This document shows, one piece after another, positions 7,892-18,600 of a stretch of DNA of 24,000 bases. The notes beneath the pieces are model-generated. The model did no database searches. It saw nothing but the letters and a program-made list of their open reading frames with translations, and was not told the origin of the DNA. The first letter of the stretch is position 1. The number at the start of each line of letters is the position of its first letter. The translations under genes were made by a program, and so were the position numbers. The DNA comes from Candidatus Uhrbacteria bacterium RIFOXYA2_FULL_40_9 (GTDB lineage: Bacteria > Patescibacteriota > Patescibacteriia > UBA9934 > GWF2-40-263): positions 1 to 24,000 of the forward strand of contig MGEY01000052.1 of assembly GCA_001791615.1 (NCBI GenBank), written 5' to 3'.

Positions 7892-9148
7892 CTAAGGTCT
7901 TAGACTAGAAAAAAACTTTTTAATTGATCCTGTTAGTTTATCTGCTCGTTTTAACGTGGAAAAAATCTTCCCAAACCCATGTCCCTTTTCCCCTCGCATT
8001 TGTCTTCCCCAAAGTACAAGTCCAATAGCTGTACTCATCGCAGGATCAGAAACACGATCAATCACTGATGTCACTCCAATAGGAATTCCAGATGAAACAG
8101 GAAGTCGCAGTGTTTGTTTTGCTGCCTCGAGAATACCAGAAAGCTTTGCCCCTCCTCCAGTGAGAATCACTCCAGCAGGAAGCATTCCTGAACGATCAAT
8201 GCTTTCAAGCTCTCTATCAACATGTTCAAAAATTTCTTGAACACGTGCTTGTGTGATATCTGCAATAAATCGACGACCAATATACTCCTCTTCCATGGCT
8301 CCCAATTCTGCAAGATTAATTTGATCTTTCTTAGACACTTCTTCTGGCAAGGCTGTGGCATAACGAAGTTTGACTTGTTCTGCGACTTCAATAGACGTTC
8401 GTAAACCTATCGCAATATCTGAGGTAATATGATCACTTCCAATAGGTAAAACTGCTGAGTGTAAAATATCCCCTTCTTCAAAAACTACTAGACTCGTTGT
8501 GGAAGCTCCAATATTCACAATACACACTCCTAATTCTTTCTGACGACTAGAAACGACACTTTCTGCTGTTGCTAAAATGGAAAAAACAACATCCTCAATA
8601 TCAAGCCCGGTCCGATAGACACACTTGGTCAAATTCTTTATTTGAGAGCTTAGCCCTTGAATAATAAGGGCATCTACTTCAAGACGAATTCCATTCATTC
8701 CTACAGGATCTTTAATACCATGCTGACCATCCACAATAAAACTCTTTGGAATCACATGGAGAATTTCATAATTGGTCGGAGTAGCAACAGTCCGTGCAGC
8801 TTCAATAGCTCGCTCAACATCATCATCCTGGATTTCTCCATCATGGCGAGCAACTCCCACAACTCCACGGCTTTCTTGCGCGATTATGTGACTTCCGCTA
8901 ATTCCAACCCAAGCAGAATTGATCGGAAGACCCGTAATACGTTCGGCTTGTTCTAAAGCTTTAGAAACAGAAGAAACCGCATCTTCTAAATTCGTAATGG
9001 TGCCTTTATGAACTCCTTTTGAAGGGGATTCAACTGCTCCAATCACATGAATTTGTTCCTTTCCATCTGGAGAAGGGACCAGTTTTCCAACCGCAATACG
9101 TACTGCATGCGATCCGATGTCTAATCCTGTATAGAGTTCTTCTGACAT
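7892..9148 (-). CDS. ftsA: Cell division protein FtsA
   Basis: LYTGLDIGSHAVRIAVGKL, VDGQHGIKDPVGMNGIRLE, VNIGASTTSLVVFEEGDILHSAVLPIGSDHIT, VILTGGGAKLSGI: ASKHA/FtsA motifs. Confidence 0.96.
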   Translation of the reverse strand: MSEELYTGLDIGSHAVRIAVGKLVPSPDGKEQIHVIGAVESPSKGVHKGTITNLEDAVSSVSKALEQAERITGLPINSAWVGISGSHIIAQESRGVVGVARHDGEIQDDDVERAIEAARTVATPTNYEILHVIPKSFIVDGQHGIKDPVGMNGIRLEVDALIIQGLSSQIKNLTKCVYRTGLDIEDVVFSILATAESVVSSRQKELGVCIVNIGASTTSLVVFEEGDILHSAVLPIGSDHITSDIAIGLRTSIEVAEQVKLRYATALPEEVSKKDQINLAELGAMEEEYIGRRFIADITQARVQEIFEHVDRELESIDRSGMLPAGVILTGGGAKLSGILEAAKQTLRLPVSSGIPIGVTSVIDRVSDPAMSTAIGLVLWGRQMRGEKGHGFGKIFSTLKRADKLTGSIKKFFSSLRP

Positions 9149-9206
9149 AGATCTAATAATGATTTATCACCTTTAAAGTAATTTTAGTATACCTGAGAGC
9201 GAAAGA

Positions 9207-9572
9207 CTAAAACAAGGAGAGAATATGGGGAAGAAAAATAATCACCCCAATCAATGCAGCTATAAAAGATGATACAAGAACTGCTCCAGCCATCATATCT
9301 TTCATATCTTTCACAGCTGGATGAATCCGTGGCTTAAATGTATCGATGATTCTTTCAAAAACACTGTTGATAAGTTCCAAAACAAGCACTGAACCAACAA
9401 GCAAAAACAAAATAATTCTTTCAAACACGACAAGATCAAAAACCATAGCAAGTAGGAGAACAAGACATCCAGAAAACAGTTGAATACGAAAACTTTGTTC
9501 TGTAAAAAAAACAAGTCGAATTCCTCGAAAGGCATGGGAAAAACTATGAAAAAGTTGTCTGACTTTAATCAT
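9207..9572 (-). CDS. Undecaprenol/diacylglycerol kinase-like membrane protein (DgkA family)
   Basis: 121 aa, three hydrophobic helices; EQSFRIQL and VLVLELINSVFERIIDTFKPRIHPAVKDMKDMMAGAVLV match the DgkA-family (E..NTAIE..VD......KDxAAGAV) pattern. Confidence 0.85.
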   Translation of the reverse strand: MIKVRQLFHSFSHAFRGIRLVFFTEQSFRIQLFSGCLVLLLAMVFDLVVFERIILFLLVGSVLVLELINSVFERIIDTFKPRIHPAVKDMKDMMAGAVLVSSFIAALIGVIIFLPHILSLF

Positions 9573-10042
9573 ACTGGAGAAATTATACCAAAGGTAGAAA
9601 GGAGCTTTTTTTGAAGAATAAACATTTTTTCTGCTTGTTTTATGGTTTGATGTTCGTGTCCGAAAAGATGAAGAGACCCATGAATCAGGAGAAAAATAAG
9701 TTCTTTTCTAGCAGAATGTTTTGCTTCTTTTGCTTGCTTCTTTGCTTGAGGATAACACAATAAAATTTCTCCCATCACTTTTTCCATCTCTGGAAAGGCG
9801 TCTTTATTATCCTCAAAAGAAAAAGAAAGAACATCCGTCACACGATCTACCCCACGATACGTTTTATTATACGCTTTTATCTCCTTTTCACTGATAAAAG
9901 CAACGGAAATAAACACAGGTTTTGTTACTTTTAATTGATGACTTATCTCCTCTGCAACCTGTTTTATCATTCTTTCTGGAAGATGTTGCCCTCCGGAAAG
10001 TTGTTTTTGATTAAAAATGAACGTAATCACAAAATTATTCAA
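9569..10042 (-). CDS. ybeY: Endoribonuclease YbeY
   Basis: YNKTYRGVDRVTDVLSFSF and HGSLHLFGHEHQ (cf. HGxLHLxGxDH). Confidence 0.93.
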   Translation of the reverse strand: MNNFVITFIFNQKQLSGGQHLPERMIKQVAEEISHQLKVTKPVFISVAFISEKEIKAYNKTYRGVDRVTDVLSFSFEDNKDAFPEMEKVMGEILLCYPQAKKQAKEAKHSARKELIFLLIHGSLHLFGHEHQTIKQAEKMFILQKKLLSTFGIISPV

Positions 10043-11024
10043 AAAAAGAAAAACTATTCAACATCATCTGAAAAGTTTGCAAATAATCAACGGTTCCTTT
10101 AATGCCTGTATCATAGCGAAATCGATAAACTCTTTCCCCTATCTCTACATAGGCTTTCAACTGATCTTCTGTTATCAACATCTGATATCCCTGTTTGGTC
10201 ACAGAAGTATAAACGTTTTCAATACCTTCACGTTGAAACTCCTCAGTAACATCTTCTAAACTTCGATCTATGAGAGAGAGATAAAATTGTTCACCAGTTG
10301 TTGACTCAAGACGAATCTCATCTGTTTCTTCTAAAGACCAAGTGGTTGGATGGTAAAAAAAGAAATTCCCTGCCCAAGTAAACACCGTAACCGTTTTTGA
10401 ATCTAAAAGAGTGAGAGGAGAAAGTCCTTTTGGATGATAGCCATGAAAAACTTCATTTCCGTCAAGAAATCCATCCGCATCTGTATCTGGTAAACGACTA
10501 TCTGTTCCATAAATAAGTGTTTCTTCAAGATCTGTAAGTCCATCACTATCAGAATCTTTTCCTGGAGAAACAGGTGCGGTAAAAAGATCAGAAGGCTCTT
10601 CAATGACAGGTTCTTCAAAAACTTCTTCAATAGGTGGAATAACCTCCTCTGTTTGTTGAGGGGGACGTGCTGTGGTAACAGGCTCTTGAGAAATATCTTC
10701 TTGTTTTGGAAGACTTTTTACAAGAATAAAACCAGCAATAGCAAATCCAACAATCACAATCGCTCCAACAATGATCAATTTTTTAGAAATGAGTGTAACT
10801 CTCTTCCCTGAAGGTTTTTGTGCAGGCATCTTAGGAAGTTCTTTCTTTTTTTCGGGAGGAAGAGTTTTTTTCACAGGAGTTGAAATCACCTCTTTTTGTT
10901 TAATAGTTCCTGAAGCCCCATGTCGATACTCTGACGGCATGGTAAATATAAGCGAATCCCCAGTGGTTGCTGGCTTTTGCGTGTTTGGTGGAAGTTGAAT
11001 ACGTGGCATTTCATTCTCTGGCAT
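10035..11024 (-). CDS. Single-pass membrane protein with TSP3-like Ca-binding repeats and a C-terminal PsbP/lipoprotein-like domain
   Basis: Likely start MPENEMPRIQLPPN at 11024; TM KKLIIVGAIVIVGFAIAGFILV; DSDSDGLTDLEETLIYGTDSRLPDTDADGFLDGNEVFHGYHPKG. The upstream part of the ORF-track call (to 11147) is an out-of-frame reading of the preceding gene. Confidence 0.75.
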   Translation of the reverse strand: MPENEMPRIQLPPNTQKPATTGDSLIFTMPSEYRHGASGTIKQKEVISTPVKKTLPPEKKKELPKMPAQKPSGKRVTLISKKLIIVGAIVIVGFAIAGFILVKSLPKQEDISQEPVTTARPPQQTEEVIPPIEEVFEEPVIEEPSDLFTAPVSPGKDSDSDGLTDLEETLIYGTDSRLPDTDADGFLDGNEVFHGYHPKGLSPLTLLDSKTVTVFTWAGNFFFYHPTTWSLEETDEIRLESTTGEQFYLSLIDRSLEDVTEEFQREGIENVYTSVTKQGYQMLITEDQLKAYVEIGERVYRFRYDTGIKGTVDYLQTFQMMLNSFSFFE

Positions 11025-11046
11025 ACAAACCGTTGAGGAAAAAGAA

Positions 11047-11703
11047 TTACAAAGTAGGGACTTCAAATAATTTACCTGATCCATTTGGATTGTAACCAGC
11101 ATCAACTTCTGCTCCATCAAGGTATCCATCTTCATCTGTATCCGCATCTAAAGGATCGGTTTCGTAAAGAGTGATTTCTTCTTTATCAAACAGTCCATCT
11201 TTGTCTGTATCACTGCTTCGGAAATCTGTTCCAAGCTCGGCCTCCTCAGCATCTGTTAATCCATCTTTATCTGTATCCAATCCTGGAATCTCTTGTGGTT
11301 CTGTTTCCACTTCTTCTTGCACTACAGGAACTTCTTGAGTGGTTGTTTCTTCAACGGATTTTGAAACATCTGGGAGTGTTGTTGATTTTGGAGTACGCGA
11401 AGAAAGAAGAAGATAAGAAAGAGAGGCGGCTGCGACAATCACCACCAAAATAGCAATGAAAAGAATAATGATTTTCAACACTAGTGTTTTTTCTTTTGTG
11501 TTCAAAGGAGCAGATGACTCAAGGGATGGATGCTTTGGTAAAGAAAGTGGTGGTGCTACTGGCTTCATCGTGGGATTCTTCACAGGAGTAGAGTGTGAAG
11601 AAGTTTCTGGTAAAGAAGCTGTGGGTGGAACAACAGAAGGACCGTCTTGCTCTGTTTGAGCAAAAATGTCTTCAGGTTCTTTAGGGGTAAGATCATCAAA
11701 CAT
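11047..11703 (-). CDS. Single-pass membrane protein with C-terminal TSP3-like repeats
   Basis: TM VLKIIILFIAILVVIVAAASLSYLLL; LDTDKDGLTDAEEAELGTDFRSSDTDKDGLFDKEEITLYETDPLDADTDEDGYLDGAEVDAGYNPNG. Confidence 0.8.
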   Translation of the reverse strand: MFDDLTPKEPEDIFAQTEQDGPSVVPPTASLPETSSHSTPVKNPTMKPVAPPLSLPKHPSLESSAPLNTKEKTLVLKIIILFIAILVVIVAAASLSYLLLSSRTPKSTTLPDVSKSVEETTTQEVPVVQEEVETEPQEIPGLDTDKDGLTDAEEAELGTDFRSSDTDKDGLFDKEEITLYETDPLDADTDEDGYLDGAEVDAGYNPNGSGKLFEVPTL

Positions 11704-11752
11704 AGAAAAATGTTAGAAAATATGAAATTTTATTGATTATTGTGACCCTTTT

Positions 11753-12613
11753 TTATTTGCCTGCTACTATGAGCGGACTATACCCTGCTCTCACTTCTGC
11801 TCCATCAAGGTATCCATCCCCATCTGTATCTGGATTAAGGGGATCTGTAAAATAGGTGTTTACCTCTTCTCCGTCAGAAAGACCATCACTGTCAGAATCT
11901 GCATTGACATCACTTGTCCCAAAACGCATTTCTTGCAATTCATCAAGCCCATCTCCATCACGATCACCAATTCCAACCACATCTTCACAAGAAGCAATAA
12001 GATTTGTATCTGTAATTTGCTGACAAATATCTGGATCTTTTGCCATAATGGCCTGCTCCATTAAAAGAACTTGAGCACAATAAGAAGAATCTCCTGTGCG
12101 CTCAAAACAATTCTCTGAGGTCAAAGGTCCTGCAAGAACACGCAAACATCCTTCTTGTTTTTCTGCATCCAAAATATTCTGACAATCCTTTTCCTTTCCG
12201 CTTGCAAGCGCTTGAGAAAGGTAAAGAGCATCCGCACATATTTGTTGAGTTTGAACATCTATAATCTCTTTACAAAAATCCACATTCTCACGATCACGTG
12301 CCACACTCCAGACACATTCATCAAAAGCATCTCCTTCAAGAACTTTGCATATCTCTACGGCTCCGAGCTTTTGTGCATAAGAACCAATAGCCCGTGTTTG
12401 ACAAGTTTCTTGATTTTCAACCCCTTCACATTCCTTCAAAAGGGCTTGAACTTCCGATTGTTGAGTTGCTTCAAGTACTTGATGGGTTTTCCAGGATCGT
12501 GTGAAAAGAATGGTTCCAAGAATAAGCACAATCACAAACACAATGGCACCAACAACCCATTTCCAAGAAATTTCGTGTGAAGGCAAACTTCTTATTGGTT
12601 CAAGTGTATTCAT
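11753..12613 (-). CDS. Single-pass membrane protein with paired-Cys helical repeats and C-terminal TSP3-like repeats
   Basis: ATG at 12613 overlaps the TGA of the giant gene (ATGA). TM WVVGAIVFVIVLILGTILF; at least four C-x10/11-C units; DRDGDGLDELQEMRFGTSDVNADSDSDGLSDGEEVNTYFTDPLNPDTDGDGYLDGAEVRAGYSP. Confidence 0.8.
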   Translation of the reverse strand: MNTLEPIRSLPSHEISWKWVVGAIVFVIVLILGTILFTRSWKTHQVLEATQQSEVQALLKECEGVENQETCQTRAIGSYAQKLGAVEICKVLEGDAFDECVWSVARDRENVDFCKEIIDVQTQQICADALYLSQALASGKEKDCQNILDAEKQEGCLRVLAGPLTSENCFERTGDSSYCAQVLLMEQAIMAKDPDICQQITDTNLIASCEDVVGIGDRDGDGLDELQEMRFGTSDVNADSDSDGLSDGEEVNTYFTDPLNPDTDGDGYLDGAEVRAGYSPLIVAGK

Positions 12614-15600
12614 AAAGGACAATATTCAAATTGGAAATCTTCAAAACGCATGGTTCCTTCTCCATTAAACTCAACACGCAAAGGAATCGTGAATTCAGAA
12701 GATTCACAAATAAATGCTTCTGGGAATGGGAGAGATCTATCATTTCCTTCAGAAATAACACCGGTGGTTGTGATGGTTGTGCTTCCACTTTCCGTTGTAA
12801 GGGTCATTGTGGCTCCGACGATCGCATCTGCAATGGCTTCGTACATGGTTGTGATTCCTTCGGCGTCAGAAGCTTGATAGGCATATTGTGTCGCATGACA
12901 ATCGCTTGCATCACTCCAATCTGTTCCACATTCCTCACTGGAACAATGTGCCATATAGCCTTCAACGGAAGAGCTAGTCGCAATCACTGCGGAATAAAAT
13001 TGAATACTTGGATTTGCCCCAATAAGCTCTTCACGAATTTCTTGAATACATCCACTCTTATCCGTACCACAAGGTAATCCATCTAAATAAACCGTTGGAG
13101 CTCCATCTGAAAGAAGCACGATAATTTTTGTCGGCGCTGTTGAAGAACTAACAAATAAATCAATCGCCTCTTGAAGACCTGAAGCAGTTGGTGTGCCAGT
13201 ATCCAATCTTGTGAGATATCCCTCAATCGTGGACACTAGTGAACTTTCAGATGTGCTAAATGTTTGATCAATGGTAACAGCCGTGCCATTAAAACTTACA
13301 AGCCCAATATGAAGCGTGACCCCCAAAGCACTCGCGGCATCAAATAATTCTGCTATAGAAGCACTTGTTGCTTCAACAACAGGATAAATACGTGTTGATT
13401 CAATCTCAATAAAACCATCGGCGCCAAAAGGAATCCTCGTTCCTTCTGGGTTCACATACATACTATCAGACAAATCTGTCACAAAGACGATATCAATATC
13501 ATTTGGAACAACATCATCTGCTTCAATATCAGCGGTAAGGGAGACTCCTACAGAACAAGCAGGAAGATAGATCACTCCATTATCAGGTGATTCTCCGGAT
13601 AAATAACGATATAAATCAATATATTGCTGTTTACTTGCCCCAGAAAGTTCACTTTGAACTTGCAGAGAAACGGTTTCATAAGAGAAAGGACAGCTAGATG
13701 CACAATCACTTGCACAAACGGGTTGCACACACGTTCCCCCTGTAGCACAACTTTGTGCATCTGCTCCTGTAGCACCAATCGTACAATAATCACCGTTATC
13801 CTCGCCTCCATTGCAAACACCTACATTCAAACAGGTATATATTCCACTTGTTGTCCCAACAGCACTCGAAGCACAGGTATTACTCACCGCACGAGTATCT
13901 GCATCAAAATAACGATAAGGCAAAACGGTTCCATCACAATATTCTCCTCCATTAATGGTTCCGTCTCCACAATAAGCGCCTGAACTTGTCTTATACTCAC
14001 AAGTGACCGTGCAATACTGACACATCCCTCCGTAAGAAGCCGTGCAAAGATCACCATTCTCGCTTCCTTGATCACAAGATTCTACGCCGGTATACACATA
14101 ATCGTCTCCACAAACATTCCATTCACAGGTATTCAAACAGGCATCATTGTTGCTCGTGTTCCCGTCATCACAAATTTCATCACCTTCTAAAACCCCATTT
14201 CCGCATTGTTGATCTCCGATTACACAAGCAGACCACGTATTCCAAACACATCCAGAACTACAGGTGCGATAACGATAGGCTTGATATCCATCAATGGTTC
14301 CACAAGCAACATACGTTCCTCCACAAGTAGATCCATCCTCACAATCAGCGCTTGTAGTGCAGGTATTTCCATCAGCACAAAGTGCTCCTTCCCATTCTTC
14401 ATACTCCCCATCACAAACTTCTGTTCCATTAAGAATTTGATCTCCGCACGTTGGACCAGGAGTAGAACAATCAAAGGCACAACTTTGCGCATAGGTACTC
14501 ACATATTGCCCATTGGATCCTCTTGTAGACGTGATGTCACAATGTGTATACGCCCAACTACTTGTATCTGCTTTAACCGTGCTCCAATTGGCTGTGGTTC
14601 CACAATCACATTGTTCTCCACCAGCTAAATATCCATCACCACAATAAAAGGAAGTGGTGTAAGTACAATTATCATCGCAATACCCATAGGTTCCATTCAA
14701 TACTCCGTCATCACAAATTTCTGTTCCTTCAACCGTGCCATTTCCACAACTATAAGCTATGCACTCTGTCCCCGCTGTCTCGGCTTCCAAAGCTGTTTGA
14801 TATCCTAAACAATCATCATCACAACGAATAGTGATCAAACCACTCACAACCGTTACTCCATCATCAGCAAGAGTAGTGCAACTTGCGGTGTCTGTATCCC
14901 CAAGTTCACAAGTTTCAATAGAAGGATTCAAAATCCCATCTCCACAAAGTCCTGTGTTTCCTACGGTTGTCCCGGAACAATACATTTCTGTTGAAATAAA
15001 TCCTATTTGCAATGGAATGGTTGTATATCCACCGCTATATTCGACACTGAGCGTTGCACTATCTGTGGAATCTGTATCAATCGGATAGGCCCAAGCGCCT
15101 CCGTTATATTCAAGCTCAAGAGAAAGAATAAACTCTTCTCCACCAATACCGCGATATCCATACACATGAGATCCACTTGGACATTTAAACAATCCTTGCG
15201 TGCCATTCCAACAAGAATCAGAATCATACCCATCATCTGTACATTGATAAAACGCATTAAGAGGATCAACAGGAAGAGTTTCTTGAAGTTCATTTGAAAG
15301 TACCGCATTCCAAGAAGGCCAATTACTAATCGTCATGGAAGGAATATAGGACCCCGCACTGATAAGTGGAACATCTGGAACACAGGTCTCTGTTCCAAGA
15401 CAATCATCATCCTGCGTACAACTTGTATCTGTGGTTACAGAACAATGAGCATACGTTTCTCCATGAGTATTGATTATGTCAAGAATATCTACGGCATCAG
15501 AAAGACGCTTGGTATCGCGTTGTAACTTGGCTTTTTCTGCATCACAATAAGAAGTTCTTGCAGTTCCAAGAGGACAACTGTTATCCGTTACTCCTGTGCA

Positions 15601-18600
15601 AGACTCTCCTGTGATAGAACAGGCATAGGTCTCATTTGCTTGTGCTTCACAAATCTCTGTTCCTCCACAATCTCCATCCCATTCACATGCAATAAAATCT
15701 CCGCTTGCATTATGAATATATCCATTAGTATTTGCGCACAAATTCACATCAGAAATGACATCAGTGTTTGCATTGAACTGCCAATTTCTCAAAATTCGAT
15801 CAAAAATCTCCAATGATTCTTCACCTGCATCTTCATTGTAGGAAATCACGTACATGTTTGGATAAATACTATTTCCACTCTGATTTGTTGCAAGGACATA
15901 TTGTGTGGTTCCTTCTTCTACGGCTTGATAACCATCTAACGTGGTTTGTGAAGGAGAACCAGAAAATCCCTGATCTTCATACCACTGTAAAGGAGAAGTA
16001 TAGTCATCATTTGTAACCACACGAACACCTAAAGCGTCACTGGTTCCTTGTACTTGGAAAAGAAGTTCCTGATAAATACTAGAAGAAATAGAATGCACTT
16101 CAATTGGCATACCTGTGCTATTTCCTAAAGCAGGAAGATCATCATCTGTTCCCTCATCCCCTTCATCACGACAATAAGAGAAAGAAAAATTTGTGGAAGA
16201 ATCAAGGTAGTGATAATTATTTCCAGAAATCCATGGATTTTCACAAAGCATAGCCCAGATAGGAAGTTCTCCTTGCACAGTTTCTCTTTGTACCGTACAG
16301 GCTTCTCCAGCGCCCGTATCACAATCATCAGAAGTCTCACAACTTATTCCGCTTGTTTCACAAAGATGCTCGGTGGAAAATTCATAGGTATCTATTGTCA
16401 CAGTGGCTTGGGCAAATACCGTTGCTCCTCCATCCTCGCCCTCAGCCGTTACAAAAGCATCGTGATCATCCAAAGCAAGTTCATCAGAACCAGATTCTGA
16501 AGCAGTGGTTGTTGTGACCACGGTTTCTTCAGTAGAACCCCATGTCCACTCCCAAGCATAATCCTCTGAAGACGTGATTTCTTCTTGTACCGCTCCATCA
16601 AGATGATAAGCGGTTGCCATAAAGTAGTGAACTTCTCCTATTTCAGTAAAAAATTCTTCACTGGCACTTTCGTACTCTGCATAGTCAGTGCGTCCAAAAT
16701 CAACAACAACAACTTGATCGAGTGAACAAATTTCATTACCCACTGTAAAAGAGGTCATGATTTCAGAAGGATTTACCAACCCCACTCCAAACGTATTTAA
16801 AACTCCTTCATCAATAGCATCAGTCAGATCACTATCTCCAAGAACAACAAGTCGATACGTGGCTCCTTCTTCTAAAATACCAGAATAACGAACAGAAACT
16901 CGAACTCCACCATCTGAGACATCACTTTTTTGATACGTTACAGGCACCGCACACACCGTTGTTTCTGCAGAAACTTCTCTTCCAAAAAAACTCAAAACCT
17001 GTTCACGAATCCAGTGCCAGGCACGTGCAAAAACTCCTTCTGGAGGTTGTACATACACGGTTGTTTCCCAACCAGTTGGACAAACCGTTCCAGTATATTC
17101 AAGGTAAATTTGTGGATCTGTTCCGTTTCCAGAAGGATCAAGAGAGTCTAAATCCACATCTTGGGAAAACTCTACCCAAAGCGCGGTATTTTGACAGACA
17201 TTTGTTGCACCACTTTCTGGATAAACACTTCCCGTTTCAGGACGCAAATAACAACATCCACCCGTGCCACAGCCATAACTCTCTTCAGGAGAACCACAAT
17301 CAGCATCTGTTTGACAAGAACACTCTACAGAAAGTAGACCTTCTGCTGTCACACGTTCTGCTTCTGTTTGAATGGTTGTAACCGCATAATGTGTAATTGG
17401 ATCAACTTCTTCTGCAACTGTTTCACTCACTTGCGCAACCGCAAAAGCACCGGAACTGATGGAACTCGTTGTTTCACATTCTTCATAAGTACTTTGAAGA
17501 CCATCTCCACAATAAGAAGGAATAAGACCATCAACAGAAGCCCCTTCATTTAAACAAATCGCTGAGCACCCATCTCCTGCCTCAACATCAAATAAATCAC
17601 AATCTTCTGCGTCATTTAAATCATCGCCGTTATAATCTGTTATACCATCTCCGCAACAAGGAGTGCTTATAGCTTGACAAGTATCAGTACTCTCACAATC
17701 TCCATCGCTAATACAATTCACGCCATAACTTGTGCCATCAAAACAAGCAAACACACAAGCACTTGCTCCCTCAAAAAGACAACGAGAAGAACATCCATCT
17801 CCAGAACTTGTATTTCCATCATCACAATCTTCTCCATTTCCAATATCTCCATCTCCGCAAGTTGCTTCAATATCTGTGATAGCTACTGCTCCCTCAAAAA
17901 GACAGCGAGAAGAACATCCATCTCCAGAACTTGTATTTCCATCATCACAATCTTCTCCTCCTGTTCCCCTATAGTAATCTACCCGCCCATCTCCACACGT
18001 TGTCGTTGAACCTTCATTTTGACAAGCTAAAGAACACCCATCACCACTAACACTATTTGAATCATCACATTCTTCTCCCACGCTCACAAATCCATCTCCA
18101 CAACATCCACCCGGAACAAGAGAACAAATATCTGTCTGTTCCACACAAACATCAGTGACTTCTGCGCAAACCTCTTCAGTTTCTGTGTCACAATCTGCAT
18201 CTGTCAAACAACTCAAACCACTTGTTTCACATGCATAAGTCGTACAACTTGCGTCTGTGGTACAAACCGCTCCACCTATTTGACAAAAGAATGTGCTACA
18301 AGAAGCATCTGTGGTACAGGTTGCTCCAGAATCTTCACAAGCAAAAGGACAAGCACTTGTTCCTTCCCAAAAACAAGCATCAGAACATCCGCCTTCTCCA
18401 TCACAATCTTCTGCTTCATGATATCCATCTCCATTATAATCAGTGATTCCGTCTCCACACACAGGATCTAAAAGAGAAACCGTTGCCCCAGTATTTAAAC
18501 AACTAGCAGAACACCAAGCAGGAAGATCTGTTGAAAGACTAATTGCTCCTGACTCAAGCATTTCTGCAACCGTGGGTTGTGTTGAAAGCCAAGGCTCCCA

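Larger units (their letters stand above)
13930..18461 (-). other. Region of about 13 Cys-rich CGDG-type repeats (DUF4215/Myxococcus cysteine-rich repeat-like) in the giant protein
   Basis: Recurrent C-G-[DN]-x..(4-20)..E-x-C-D-D-G-N-x-x-x-x-D-x-C-x-x-x-C units, e.g. CGDGDIGNGEDCDDGNTSSGDGCSSRC, CGNGVLEGDEICDDGNTSNNDACLNTC, CGDGFVSVGEECDDSNSVSGDGCSLAC. Confidence 0.8.

Noticed and set aside
9186-9215. Possible ftsA promoter TTGTTT-N18-TATACT inside the end of the dgkA-like gene
   Set aside because: Plausible -10 but weak -35 and suboptimal spacing; not supported enough to annotate.
11025-11147. 5' extension of the TSP3 gene 10035-11147 (MRIQMKMDTLMEQKLMLV...)
   Set aside because: Out-of-frame reading of the repeat-coding 3' end of the preceding gene. 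ATG at 11024 is a better start.
17674-18009. 111-aa and 80-aa plus-strand ORFs with internal repeats
   Set aside because: Antisense readings of the duplicated Cys-rich repeat; the internal repetition is explained by the minus-strand giant gene.
13930-18461. Possible CRISPR-like or microsatellite array
   Set aside because: Apart from one 72-bp pair, the repeats are only similar at the protein level and irregularly spaced; they encode Cys-rich domains and are not a CRISPR array.
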